A DNA stretch of 64,000 nt, taken from NCBI GenBank assembly GCA_964016885.1, contig OZ024740.1, positions 333,064,001-333,128,000 on the forward strand. The letters are read 5' to 3'. A model generated the notes under the pieces. The model saw nothing but the letters and a program-made list of their open reading frames with translations. It made no database searches and was not told where the DNA came from. This document shows positions 50,126 to 64,000 of this stretch, piece by piece; position 1 is the first letter of the stretch, and each line of letters starts with the position of its first letter. Source of the stretch: Eledone cirrhosa. Lineage: Eukaryota. Both the position numbers and the translations under genes were made by a program.

Positions 50126-53100
50126 TAGTCAATTAAAAGCTCTTCAATTGATTATGATTCGTAGTATCCATCAAAATCAAACATTCTAATCTATCTCAAG
50201 AAATGTGTAGCATATATGTAGATATAGCAACCATATTATTTTCAAAGAATACTAAATAATTCATTCCTATGCAGAAGCAAATTATATGCTCATATCTGGA
50301 ATACAGTTGGCTAAGAGCTTAATTGTTCATATTAAAATATTGAGTTCAACAAGACCAAAATGAACACCAATGACTCTACTAATATATGTCGCACCAGATC
50401 TACGTTATTGTAAACATTACCAACTAAGCAAATACCTTTTAAAATATGTCATTTTATAGAAGGTTATCTGGATTCTGAGGAATGCTTTTTCGTACGGATG
50501 ATATTTCCATAATTGTAAGGATTTGAAAATATATGTGTGGCTCTAATTATTTACAATGCAATTGTACCCCAGAATATAAAAGACAGTTTGGCAAAATACA
50601 GCTAGCATTTTCCATTGACCCAACATTTAGGACTGACATCAAAGAAATAAAGGAAATATTTACATCTCCGAAGAATTTAATTGTTATTCTAATTGTGGAC
50701 TGAGAAAGAAGTCATTCGATAAATAATGATCATTATATTGTTATGTACCTCTTCTTAGTTTTCTAACATTAAATTATCCGATTCAAAACCAAAGTGTATT
50801 TTAAGTGAACTGTTATTGATTTAACTGGACGAAAACATTATAAAATGAATAATTTCATATGTAAATTAACCTATATGTACGCTAAAGACATAAACTTTAC
50901 ATCATGCGTATATATCAGTGGATTACTATGCAACATCCTCCGCGCAGCTAGCTTCCGTACACAGTGATAGGAGGGCCAACTGGAAACATTAAATAATTGC
51001 CAGCAAGAGATCTTAAATCTGATATATTAAGCGTTAACAAAAGAACCAATAATGATCTCTAACTTGTAAGCAACAAGATTACTCAAGTATATACCATAGT
51101 ATAATCACCCGAACCTTGGCAGGTTGTTGTCTTTGGAACAGTAGGAAAATGCGATGTTAAATGTCAAGAAGACGTATTACTATATCTATTACAATATAAT
51201 TGCTGCATTCAGATAAATCAATAAATTGGTAAATGTATATCTAGCGTATTCGAGAAAGAATTGGTCCGAATATCAAATGGCTTCAACTGATTAGTGCTCT
51301 ATTATTAATGATAATTATTAGTGACTAAATCGAAACCGCCTTTTGCCCCATCAGCCATCTTAGAGATGGAGGTCATGGTTAATAAAACTGTTCAGATATG
51401 AATTACTTTGTAGCCAAATGTAACGCAAAATTATACTTAACTGTAAATTTCGTCGAAATTTATTTATCTTTGATATTGTAGCTATAGGTATTTCACCCTC
51501 TAGTAACCAAGTGCATTAACCTTTACGCTTGTATGTATCTCATTTTATGTACATTGCACAGAAATTGGTCAATCATATGAAGCATTTAACTTTAATGAGG
51601 ATGGCTTGTAAACTAACGACATTGTCATTTACAGTATAATGTACCGATGATTCCAAAGTTAACATCTTAAAAAATTGTATAAATTACAATATGTTCTATA
51701 TTCTTCCAGAATGATGCTTTATGGTTATATATTTACAGTGAAAATTTGAAAATATTGATTGCGGAAAGTAAAAACCACAACAGAATAGAAATTCTAAAGC
51801 AATGTCCCATTTCAATAGTCAGAGCTGTTTTCTGGTGTTGAACTATATGTATTATATTTCACTCATATGTTATGAATACAGGAATCCCTATAACATATAC
51901 CATATATCTCATATTTTCAGGTCATAAAAATATATCAAATTATAATAGAAAATCCACAGAATTTGTTGGCTAATTTTTCATTTCAAATTAGTACAACAAA
52001 TTAAATGTAATTATTATTCAACTAAGCACAGACATGCATCTCTATTTATCATACAACGCGTCAAATTCCGTTTCCAAATATAATTTACGCGTAAGCCCCG
52101 TTTTAAATAAACCATTTTGCACAATTCCGAATAAACAATGCAAATATTTACATCATTCTGCGAACAGTACTAGCTATCCTCTTAGAAATTTACCTTTGCA
52201 TGGACAAATAATATATATATAAACATGCAGCTGAGGAAGGAATATATATTAGATAACCCAATCAGATTCTTTCTTTCAAAACCTCATTTTTTGTGAATCT
52301 GGTGTAAATAAATGTAGAAACAACAAATACCTGAACAGAAGAGATTATTAAGAGTAACGGAAAATAAAATTCAATTTTAATGTGAGGGTTTGTGAAGAAA
52401 AAATGCGATTGTATGTGTGATTAAAACAAACATTCCTTAACTTTCCTAATTATTAATGTTATTTTTCGTTCTATACATGAAAATAACATATTGAACAAAA
52501 CTGACATTGTTGTCGTTATACAAATATATGGTTACCAATTTAGGTACGGAAACTAGTTTAAATCGAACAAACCTAGAGCACACTTGAATGTCATTCAATC
52601 TATATACTATACTAGTTTTATTACTGATAAATTACGCACTGATATCTAATTCACTGACACCAAACGAACATTCGGTGAAATATACAGTTTCTATATTGAT
52701 ATCAAAGTTTGCATATACATTTTAGGACTAGGAAATTATTTTGGAAATTTGGGAATGTAGGCAGACATGTGCATAATTGTATGGCATGTGAATGTTATTA
52801 GACAGGCGTTAAATGTATTAAAGGTTTATTGGAATATCATCCAATGAATGGCATATTTAATTTCCTCGTAGCACACAAGACCTCTATGTCTTATAAGCAC
52901 CTCAATCCATATAGTTTGTGCAAAGTTTATTAAAACTTTGATTGTATATTTTAGTATATTAACAATATTTAACTTAACATAGCAAATAACAAATCGAAAA
53001 CAGTGCGAAATTTCTCTGCTTGCGCGCTCATCATATTTCATAATTTTCTTCATTTATTTAAACCTATCAATACCTTTCCGAATATCTGATAAGAATAAGT

Positions 53101-56100
53101 TTGTATAAGTGTTTAAATATGAAAGTTTGACGATAGTAATTGTATCACAGTTTTAAATTCAGAATAGAATGTTTCTTTGGATGTATTTCCATTTGAAATG
53201 ACATTTAGTGTATATTGTACTTCATCCGAATCTAATATTACCTTCCTGAATTATATACAGTTGAATATGCATAACCTATCTCACTTTATGAATGAGAATG
53301 CAGAGATCTATATATGAAGGATTTCATGCGTCATTATGTGTTCTGATGTCATGAAGAACAATTTGCACTCACTTAGAAATATATTGATAGCATCTCACTA
53401 AATTGAATGTATTATCCCGGTGGGTAAATATATATTGAAGCGGGCATCCTATTTCATATTTATATGACCTCTCTTATCAACATTAAATTACATATAATTC
53501 CCATTCATTTAATGCTATACCTGCCTCAGAACGAATCGCTTTTTACCATGCAAATGAAATCCTATATACTCTCATTTAATTCACAGTACAATTCGTAAAT
53601 TGTAAGAGTAATAAGTTAAACGATAATTTAACAATGATGCACAATATTATTGACGATAATTTTGAACGATAAGTTCAGGGCGTTTACATATTCGTATATA
53701 ATGTTGGTAAATGTCTACCATATGATTTCGTATAGGCGTACACCTCCATAACAACATAAAATCGTATTGCATAATATATGTTGTTGTTGTTTTTGAACCT
53801 GAGGTCTCAAGAATATCTCTGGCAAATAGGGTTTCAGTAGGAACTATCTTGATCTTTGTTTCCTGAATGCAAAACTAGAAATACGTATTTCAGTATATTT
53901 TTAAGGGTGGCTGGGGATAATTTACGTGTGACTGTTTGATTGCTCTACTAGAGGGTAGAGCCAAGTGCATAAATACCATCTTTTTCAGAGAGTGTTTATG
54001 AATTTGAATGTTAATGTTTAAACACCATAAGCAAATGTTTTAAAGCGTAGTTCTATTTCCAAACACTTATATATATTGAAGAATATATCTGGTAATTGTT
54101 TGGAGAGAAACATCACTATACAATTGAAATATCAGCTTTTAAGGGAATGGAAATATTTTCTCGTGTACTTGAAGAAATGTTTTGTTTCTAATTGCTTCAG
54201 AAACAATGTTTCATTCCGAATATATTCAACTCTTTTAAATCTGTTGGTCGATAAGGAACACACTACTATCACTGCCATAAATGTAAGGCATCATCACTGA
54301 AAAGAACATGTAGAATAACTGTAAATCTCTCCATTCCAATTTCTATCCCCCTCAGGGCTACATTTGTTGGGAGCAAAGAGAGCTCTTTCATTTAATATAC
54401 TATATTATCCATCACTCGTTTCTCCGGTTTATTATATGTTAGTTTAATGTAACACGGTAGATATTAGGAGCATTGGTTCTGATAACTGTAGTTGTTAGAA
54501 TGTACAAAATCAAAGTAATCAATAGATGAAGTTGTATTGATTTATAGAGATATCGTTCATAGTTTATGGGTAATGTGAATAAGTACCTGTGAATAACTAT
54601 GTTCGTTATTATCACTGATCCCCAACCACAATTGTTAACTACATTAATAAAGTTAGATAACAATAACTTCTATTTATCTAAAAATACATGTATTCAGGAC
54701 AAAAATCCAGTATTTATAAAGATTATATTCGGAAGGAACACACTCACTCTTATTCTGTTCGAGATGGCAGTTTAATTTCTATACATATGGATTCTCAAAC
54801 ATATGTTGACAGCAAGAGATAAGATGTTGGTATATGAAGTAATATCTATTCGGAGTAGATGGAACTATTGCTCCTACAATATTGTCCAATCCTAATTTAA
54901 TGAGTTTAATACGAAAGGTTTCCAGCCATAATCATCCTATTTGATTTGAGGATATGAAATGCTGTATGTCATTTCCTTAGTACAATGTAGTCTGAAGAAC
55001 ATTTGTCTGATATTTCAAATAGAAGACAAGTGACATTAAGAGTAACATTTTATACGTATGGGAAAGAAGAAACATATCTTTTTATATTTTCACCGCCTGA
55101 GTGGACCCTATAATAAAGATCACAGCTGCTTATTATTATTTGGAGGTAATATTTCAAACCATTATAATTCGGTTTTAATTGTTTCCTTATAATCACACGA
55201 TAAACTAAGTAAATCAGCTTGGTACAGCATGTTTCGAAAGATATATTTTTGTTGTTTTCCTTTTCTTGGCATATAATAATTGCTTCAGATTAGAAATTGC
55301 CACAATTTTTCGCAGTCTGTTTCATGAGTTAACGTGTGAAAATTCAGTATCAGCACACGTCACGTTATTAGTTCTATGAAATTTATCTCTGATCAATATG
55401 AAATTAATTCATCTGGAAATAGAAGAAATAAACAAACAGCCGAATCCGTAATTTGATATAGTAAATGCAAATTTCGATACTTTCTTTTCTCCACCACTTT
55501 CGTCGATTTAACACATTTTGCTTCCGACTTCTGTCCAATTCATCAGGTCTAGCCAGGCCTACAATAAATTATTGAAATTATTAATAAGTCTTTTTTTCTT
55601 TGATCATAAATATTGCATTAGCTCTAATTAATTATTGTTTCTTGTGCCTGATTAGACACTACTAACGAACGTTTCCCGAAACGATGACATTATTGCAAAA
55701 AATAAATAAATAAGATAATACAGAAGGCAGAAATATCAAGGAACAAATTATACAGAAATATTTACAACCAACAAATAGAATAAATGCAAAAATAAAAAAG
55801 AAAAAGAAACTGATTTTTTTTATTTAACAAATAAAATGGAGAAAAAGGAAGAGGTTCTTGAAGAGATGGAGGGAGATTATGAAGAGAATGTATAACCAAA
55901 TGAATCAGAAAATAATGGCGATTGTTCAGTTTCTGATGAGAATGATGATGGCAGCGGTGATGACGACGACGATCAGTGACGATGAAGAAGAAACAGAATG
56001 AATTTTGCAAAACAATATTCATAAGAATAGCAAAATAATAATAATAATTATCAGCAAATAGAATAACACGAATAAAGAAAACAATAGAAATGAAACAAAA

Positions 56101-57693
56101 CGAAAAAAAAAGAAAGGGTGTAAATGGAAGAGGAAATAGAAACATAGAAGAAGAAGAAGAAGAAGAAGAAGAAGAAGAATGAGGGGGGAAAGTGGATGGG
56201 AAAATGGGAAGAGGCGTGTAACAATATTATTTCCGTAACGATTATTCAAAAACATGTCCACTGAAACTAATGAGGCATAATTTGAAAGAAAGATATTAAA
56301 TATTAGTTAAAATCAATATTGTTATAAATTATACGATAGTAGAATAACTGCATGGCTGATTATATAATAGATAAATATAGCATTAGTAATACGACAAGTG
56401 CCACCAAAACTTTAGACTGAGACACAATGTTTTACTTTTCCAAGTACATGCACAGTAATCTTTGAACGGATGCAAAGGAAGACTACCCTAATGATTGGCA
56501 TGAAATCCCTCACCAATACACAGTAATATCTGACAGGCGAGCTTTGTAACTCCTTTCTAGTTTGTGCTCCTCGTCAGTGGCTAGTGTCGTGTCAAATTAG
56601 ACTCACTCGTCATCCATGCTCTCATCTGTTATATGCTATTCAAACCCTATTTCTTCAAATAATTTAATCTCAAATTTCCCTCCCACAATTTCAGCTTGCC
56701 GGAATTCCCACTGAGCTTGTGTTATATTTAATAAGATTGATGTCTTTATTTTGCAGCCGAGCAGCTTTTTAAATTGAACCATGAGGGTCATTGGTGTTTT
56801 AATTGAAGGCATCATTTCTTTTCAAACGTGTTTATATTAGTTATGATATGGAATATATATGACTGTGGAAAAACCTAACAGAAAAATCTCCCCCCCCCCC
56901 CCCCCCCCAAAAAAAAAAAAATCATATTCTTGCAAAGGTTTGCTGATACAAACGAATACAATATCACAACAAAAAAAAACATTTTGTTAGTAATCAGTAT
57001 TTTATGTGAATATTTAATATAGTCGATCTTTGTATTTACTTTGTACTTATTTTGTTGATCTGGATAGATGGAGGGTAAATTTGACGTCGCTAAGATTTAA
57101 ACGAAAGGCAAAGGGTCTGTTCATCTTTGGTCGATTAAACCATAAAATATACTTTTTGTTAAACTCGAGGGCCAAATATTTGATTCAGCTTGAGATTGAA
57201 TTCTGTGTATAAAGGTCATACATGATTGTGCAGGCATATTATATGAGGCAAGCTTGGCTTGCGATTGATTTTTAAAAGAGGTTTATGAGTGATTTTACGC
57301 ATTGTGTATTTTTGTAAGACAATAGGGAGGGATTAAGAGATGGTCGGCTTACACTTCAAGCAGTTCTAGTAACATCATAGAGCATCATATGATAGATTGT
57401 ATCTCTAAATCTATTGCAAATATTAGGCCCACAAAAGGTAGAAACATTTAAGGCAATGTTTACTTTTGTGTAGCAACGTTTTGCCTTCAGATCACAACTA
57501 AAACAAAACGTATTTTCAAATTTCATATGGTCTATAAAATAAGGAGCGTGCAGAAGTCTCTTTAATCGAATATACGTGTCACATAATTGAAACGGTCATA
57601 TATGTTTTTGTCTTTTCAACAATCGTTATTTTTCTTGAAGGATATACTACACTTATTTATGCCTAAATCTATCTGATCAAAACCAACTGACTA

Positions 57694-58607
57694 TCTATAT
57701 ATATAAAACTGAGGATGTATGTCTGTGTGTGTGTGAGTTTGAATCCCTAAAACTCAAGAAGCACCCAACCCACTGGTTTCAAACTTTACACATGTAATAC
57801 TTATGTTTCAGGGAGTATTCTGAGCCAAAAGAAATTCAAATTTTCAATGGGCTAGGGACCGCATTAGGCGATTTAGCGAGCTCTCTCTATAATTCTTAGT
57901 CTTTCTCTTTTTAGATAGATACATGCATATTACGTCGCGCCCTTATAATATATGTCTGTATGTCTGATTGTCTGCATTACATCACTTCCCTGAGGATGTC
58001 TGTCTGTGTGTGTCTGTGAGTTTGAATCCCTAAAACTCGAGAAGTACACAACCGACCTTTTTCAAACTTTACATGTGTATTAGTTATGTTTCAGGAAGTT
58101 TCATGCACATAAAAAAATTCAACTTTTTCATACCCCGCATTAGGTGAAAAACTGCGTTTTTTCTGGTTTTTAGGGCTTTTTTGAGGCGTTACCTCTGACT
58201 GATTTCCTTGAAATTGTAACTGCGTATTAGTCAGTCTCTTATTCATACCATGAGCAAATAAAATCCAACTTTTTTTTATGCCTAGGGCCCGCATAAGGTG
58301 AAAAACTTCATTTTTTCAGCTTTTTAGGCCTTTTTTGAGGCGTTATGTCTAGGCGATTTCCCTAAATTTCAAGGCATATTATGCACATAAAAAAAGTCAT
58401 TTTCTTGATCCCCTAGGGCCTGCATTAGATGAAAACCTGCATTTTTCCTACTTCATCGAGGAAAATCTTAAAGATTATCCAGCCATCAGAGTATTCTGTT
58501 TATTTTCTTTACATATTGTCCAGGCATGCAGTTTTTCAACGATTAGGTCTGTTGGCGGCTCGCGTCCAAAATACCTTATCCCGTGCAACGCCGGGTACCA
58601 CTGCTAT
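57694..58607 (+). mobile_element. Non-autonomous Helitron-like element
   Basis: 5' A|TCTATATATATAAAA; internal duplication 57709-57840/57991-58125 and repeated gggcccgcattaggtgaaaa; subterminal GC hairpin cccgtgcaacgccggg followed ~8 nt later by CTAT|T (decayed CTAG); A-T target. Confidence 0.72.
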
Positions 58608-60549
58608 TATTCAATATAACAGTATAAAAGTGCGATGTGATAGAAATATGGATGTTACTTCTATCAGATTTATTAACAGTACATATGCCCTCTTGCTCGA
58701 ATTAGTTTTAATGTTGCCGTAACTTTATATAAATCACAACATTTTATTTGACGCAGTAACTAAATAGATATGTATTTAGTGATAAGCGTGTTGAAAGTTT
58801 AGCGTTTTATATGGGAAGGCCGAGACATGTCATTTATATTTAAAAAAGTGTTTGAATCACTGCTTTAGGTGTGCACTTTTAAACAATTAAGAGTCCTACG
58901 TTGAATATTATCGACATAAAAAGAGCACAAAGACATGTACCAGAGAAACTCGTTGCTGACATGATCTCGAGTCATTTATAAATAAACAATGTAAAATTAT
59001 GCACAATAGCAATTAAAAAAATAAAACAAACCATGCTTTGACACGCAAGCCTCGCAGCTTTTAACAGATATCATATAACTTCAATAAATTAACACAATAT
59101 AGACATTTAATTACACAGCTATGTTACCAGCGTACTGTATAAAGAAGATTTGCTAAATTCCGATACAAATCATGGAACAATATGCTAAACGTTGAATATA
59201 ATAAGTACATTCTTTTAAAAGAATGTGCTTATTCCTGCAATACTGTGATTGGTTGAAGGTAGTATGATACAGATTGTTGTTTAAAGGAACAATTCCAGGA
59301 TAAAGAAAACAACAGACAATTTGCCAAGCTCACAGATCTCTTGTGCTTATTGCGTGTCTGGAATCGTGTTCTAAAGTAGAGCCAAAGAAAATATCTGATA
59401 GCCCAAGATGATAAATAATATCACAAAACTGTACATTTGTCAGATATTATCAAAGTTTAATAATGTATACCTACTGATATGGATAATGGAAATGGGAATA
59501 ATTTAAAAGGTGACGTAAACTAATTCACCGGTATTCAGTTGATGTTAAGGTTCATATAACCATACAATTAAGTGTAATAATTCGTATGAGATGCTCAACG
59601 GTAGAACATTAATATCAGCAACTAACATATTTCAACATTTATTTAGAGTGTTAAGGGCACGAATGCTATAAAATATATTAAATAATTCATAACATAACAC
59701 GACACGATAAAATTATTGTATTAAAATTAGAGCTCTAGAGTGATAAATGCATTTAACAGTACATATGGAAGGTCAGCTAATATTTAGTGGGTATATTAAT
59801 GTGAACAGAGGCCCCTAATTCTATTTGATCTGGCCAGATCTGCAGCCTCAAATATCAGGCTATTTCGAAGGCAATATAGTATGTAGATTTTTCTGTTAAA
59901 ACCAGTATTATTACCGTCATTCATTTGCTGTTATTTCACAATATTTAGTCTAAGGAGATGGAATGGACCAATGATCATAGTTTAGACTACTACGGCATGA
60001 ATGTCATTTACAGTCACAACATAAACGTGATCTGAATGCTTGCAACTGAATTTAGTTCACCAAAATCATTATAGGTAAGACTATTCTGTCCTTTTGGCAG
60101 GCATACCGTGTCAACGAATACACGCTCGAATTTAACGGCCTAATTTGACGATGATTTGTCTATTTTCTGGCAGGTCGAGTAAACATAAATATTTTTACTT
60201 TATTTAGCAGTTCTAATTTGACATTCTTATGTGTTGATATAGCAATAGGAAATCGTTCCTATTTTTCTACGTGGGATTATGTAATTGACAAGTTCATTAT
60301 ATTTCACAAATGCAATAATCATGTACAACACAATGGGGACCATTAAATAGAGACATAGCGCTAATTTACAAACACTCCTCACACCAAGAAATTATTGAAT
60401 TAAATAACTGTGTGACATGACCATAAAAATAGAAATATGACTCAACGCTGAAATATGATTACACAAGAATTCAACGTATTCAAAATATTTCTAGTTATTG
60501 AAAAAGGATATATAATGTAAATCTGCTACGTGTACAACTTTAATCGCAG

Positions 60550-62720
60550 TTCTAATTAATAAGACGCCCGCGAAGCTCTACAACGCCAAATACGAAGGTG
60601 TATGTTCTAAGATACGTATAAACGTTTGTCATTCTAGGGGCCCGAGTAACAGAGGCGCAACATGATATTTAAATCACAATTCAGTCTTTGGCAGACGACT
60701 TTGACTGTATGCAACACGATTCCGGATTCATATATACGGCATTTCAAAGGCACTTTACCAAACTTCTTAGGAAGTGTAATGGGCCAAATCGTAGAATCGA
60801 ATTTAGTATCTACATTTGTTATAGGCCACAACTCACATTATTGAAGGTGGAGTGTTGTAAAAAGCCGATAACACCCACTGGAATAAGCAATGAAACGGCC
60901 AGATACACGTTTGGCAATTCGCCTGATTTTGAATAATTTTCTCTACAAGCTATGAATTCATATGTCAGAGGATTACTTCACCTGATAGCACAACGGGTGT
61001 ATCCACAGCCTTTTAAGCCGATGTGTAGTGTCACTTCTAAGAAAGCACCCATAGATGGGGATCTATATTAAACATGTTGTCGCTATAATTATACTAGGGC
61101 AGAGCACAATATATTGATTACAGATTTACAAAAGTAGTTGGCGTCTGTCATCGATACGCTAATTGAGAATGGGTGGGTTTGTTTAATCATGAATTGAGCC
61201 ATTTACAAGAATACAGTCTGCGTGCAAGACGCCATTGAGACATTGGATAAGGAATAATTGGCAGATTTCGTGTCGATAAAATTAGATCAATTGAAAAGTT
61301 CCGATTCTCTCAACTGTTAGTACTGTAGTTGTCCATATGGTAGGTAGCTTTGTTCCGTTGTAAGAGCTGCATCGCTGCAATGTACATTTGATATGTGATG
61401 TGAATAAACGGGCACCTATCAGAAACCTTCAGTATCTGACCCTCGGCACCTTAAGTATGTCCACAGTCGTCACTGCTGTATGTAATGAGTTTAGAAACTT
61501 ATTACATTTAGATAAGACGACAGTAGGCAGACTTGACGTCATTGAAGAAACTAGTGGTGTTGATGGAGATCACGTGCAGATGAGGATATAGAACAATCTT
61601 GGTGGTGTATGTGGACGCCATCAACAGATTAATGGTACACACAATTCATCGTGTTGACCGACATCATTTTAATAGAGTATGAAACAGTGACATGAGCAAT
61701 AGTTAACCTTGAAACCTTGGTATGACTGCAGTACGACGTCTGGAAAGTCATGTCTAACAACGTTATAATGTGAAGGCTAGAACAACCTGTTACATAGCTC
61801 AGGTCTGCTTTTATTCTAATCTTCATGTAGACAACATCTGGAATGAGGTATCGAGTAAGGCTGCCAGTCCCTCAGACATGAACCACGAGAAACACGGTAA
61901 TGTACTGACGTCTGATTGATGTGCCTCTCTGATTGTGAAAGGAGCGCATTCGACTGATTTGGCAATTCATTTGCTCTCAACATATGTTGCATGTGTTATT
62001 TAGCATGCGTTCAATGTTGATGCACAGAGATGCACTGAGGCTGCGACACATCCAGCGTTTGCTTGCCAGTGAACAAGTGTGGTTGACATTTATCAGATGC
62101 GTTTTCTCCCCCACTAATCTCTTTTTCGCAGCTGCAGTCAGGGGACAGGTGAAGATCGGATGCGGGCACTTTGTAAATGAAAAGTCATGAAGAGCTCACA
62201 GCCCACTGCCAGGTGGTCAACGTTGTCAGTGGAGATTCCTCTTTGGCGTTCATTAGAGAATTATTGGCTGGTAAATTCGACGATGTTCCGGAGCATTGTC
62301 GGTTCAGATCCCTTGAATACTTTCCACAAATTTATGACAAAAGAGATTTTGTGATGATTAAGATTTAAACGGCTGAATGGAACCCTTTCTCTTCTGACAA
62401 GACCTAATAATTGTTTTCAAGTTTCACTACAAAAGAAAATGAACGGTGGAGAGGGAAAATCTGTGTCAGAGAAAATACGTTAAAATGTCGGTGAGAGTTC
62501 CAAAGATAGTTGCAGTGAAGGGGACTGTTTTGATTATGCATCTGTAGATTGAAGGGCAACTGAGAGAAGACATTCGTTGGTTTTGTGACTAGTAGCCTTG
62601 GTATGTATCCACATTATTGGGTCAACGTCTTTGATTATGCTGCTAAACATTTTATTTTTGTTTCAGCTATTCCTCTTTATTTTTGTAAAACATTGTTCTT
62701 AATAAAAAAATAAAAAAAAA
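60550..62720 (+). mobile_element. Old, heavily decayed Tx1/L1-clade LINE related to 27450-30460
   Basis: Colinear matches: gagtgttgt.aaaagccgataaca (60850/28125), gctg.atcgctgc.atg.ac (61367/28642), NGHLSE-encoding stretch (61408/28689), LMHRDALRLRH (62015/29358). Ends in AATAAA + poly(A) at 62701-62720. Confidence 0.8.
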
Positions 62721-63097
62721 CATTATTACAAAAATTCTAGACATTTCTGGTGCATTCTCTATTTTTAAACATTTTTCTTTATTATTATCAAAATATATTC
62801 GATTCTGAGATCAATAGACAAAGTAGGCAAAGTACTTGCATTTGACCTCAACTGTGCATCGATAGTTATTTTTTAAACACCTGAATTACTGTAAATTCAA
62901 TTTACTTTCTATAACACTCACACTCATGCTGTTCAAATGTACCCAATGCAACAACTCACCCTTTTAGTAATGTCTCTTTTTCTCCCTCCTGGACTCTTTT
63001 TTCCTCTCTTGTTTTCGTTGTTTTCTACTACCGAATGCATTTTTGCCTTCTTTCTTTTTCTATATCTCCCTAGCTGAATAACACACTACTACTACTG

Positions 63098-63131
<34 letters not shown>

Positions 63132-63359
63132 AATAGTTATTATTGTATGTTTGTGTATGTGTATACATCTGTCTGCCTCACTCTTTTTTCTCGCTCTTAT
63201 TCACTCTCTCTCTCACACATTCACTCACAGACAGTCTCTCTCTTTTTCTTTCTCACTCCCATTCTGTGCCAAACATTGACGTGTACGTAGGAAACTTAAT
63301 GTGGCTTCATAAGATTGAGTTTTAACCAGTTTTACTGTATGATTTCTTTTTCCATTTAG

Positions 63360-63559
63360 AATATTTTGCAAACAATGGTCTTAATTATATTGGGATATCC
63401 ATCACAATAATTGGAATACACCTAATGTCTCTTTTGGTCAAACAATTCTTTTTATGTATGTGGAAAATCTATAAAAAAAATATGTTGACACGAGGTGCAC
63501 GGAAAGGTTTGAATATGAAATTAGTATCACAGACGCTGAAAAAAAATCTGCCACAGTGA
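63360..63559 (+). CDS. Candidate terminal exon of a membrane protein (tetraspanin TM4-like)
   Basis: Polypyrimidine tract plus AG (gatttctttttccatttag), then an open frame (E)YFANNGLNYIGISITIIGIHLMSLLVKQFFLCMWKIYKK...* with a hydrophobic helix and basic tail. No upstream exons were found. Confidence 0.25.
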
Positions 63560-64000
63560 TACGCAATAAAATTACTGAAATGGATTTACAAAAAGACAAA
63601 AACGCTTTACAGACATACACAAAATGGAAATGTATCGACATAAACTCAAAGGCATAGATATTAACAGAGAGAAGTTTACGGGAACAAATGATAATTTCGG
63701 TAACATAAATAAAAGCAATAAGAAGAAAACGTACACACACACAAACACATTGACATTAACACATAGACACAAATGTCGTTCTTCAACGTAGTATCTAATA
63801 TTCAAGAGATATTTCTTCATATGAAATCACTTGGCTGGGAATCAGTAACGCTGTGATGTATATATGCATATTAAAATAACAGATTAAAGTTTAAGCAAAG
63901 AATCGCCGTTTTCACCATTAACGGGATCTCCTGAAACTAGTTCAGAGCAGCGATTCTTTGCTTAAACATTAATCTGTTATTTTAATAAATATTTGCTCTA

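Noticed and set aside
59948-60180. Two AG...GT-bounded exon-like pieces
   Set aside because: Stop codons in all frames and no recognisable product.
61380-61660. Superficial resemblance to a Gypsy protease region
   Set aside because: Better explained by colinear nucleotide matches to the Tx1 RT at 28640-29100.

Overview
AT-rich, microsatellite-laden eukaryotic DNA, most likely a cephalopod (Octopus-like) genome; this is inferred from the tRNA-derived SINE family, (TA)n/(CA)n density and TE repertoire. There is no confidently identifiable host gene, only one weak tetraspanin-like terminal exon candidate at ~63.4 kb. Positions 1-44 kb are mostly retroelements: several Penelope-like elements (PLEs; RT plus C-terminal GIY-YIG), a CR1/L2-type LINE fragment, R4/Dong-clade RLE LINEs (one nearly intact ~1216-codon ORF), young and old Tx1/L1-clade LINEs, an RTE LINE and SINEs. 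A non-autonomous Helitron and foldback elements are also present. The most notable layer is non-coding RNA structure: about 15 type-I hammerhead ribozyme (HHR) motifs from at least 6 sequence families lie in PLE pseudo-LTRs (pLTRs). One young, non-coding ~3.5 kb element (8493-12047) has an inverted 5' segment and two near-identical ~600 bp direct repeats, each with TATA > candidate pseudoknot > intact HHR > AATAAA, which would release a 2797-nt retrozyme-like RNA. Most short ORFs in the supplied track are microsatellite or antisense artefacts. All calls were made by eye; no searches or folding programs were run.
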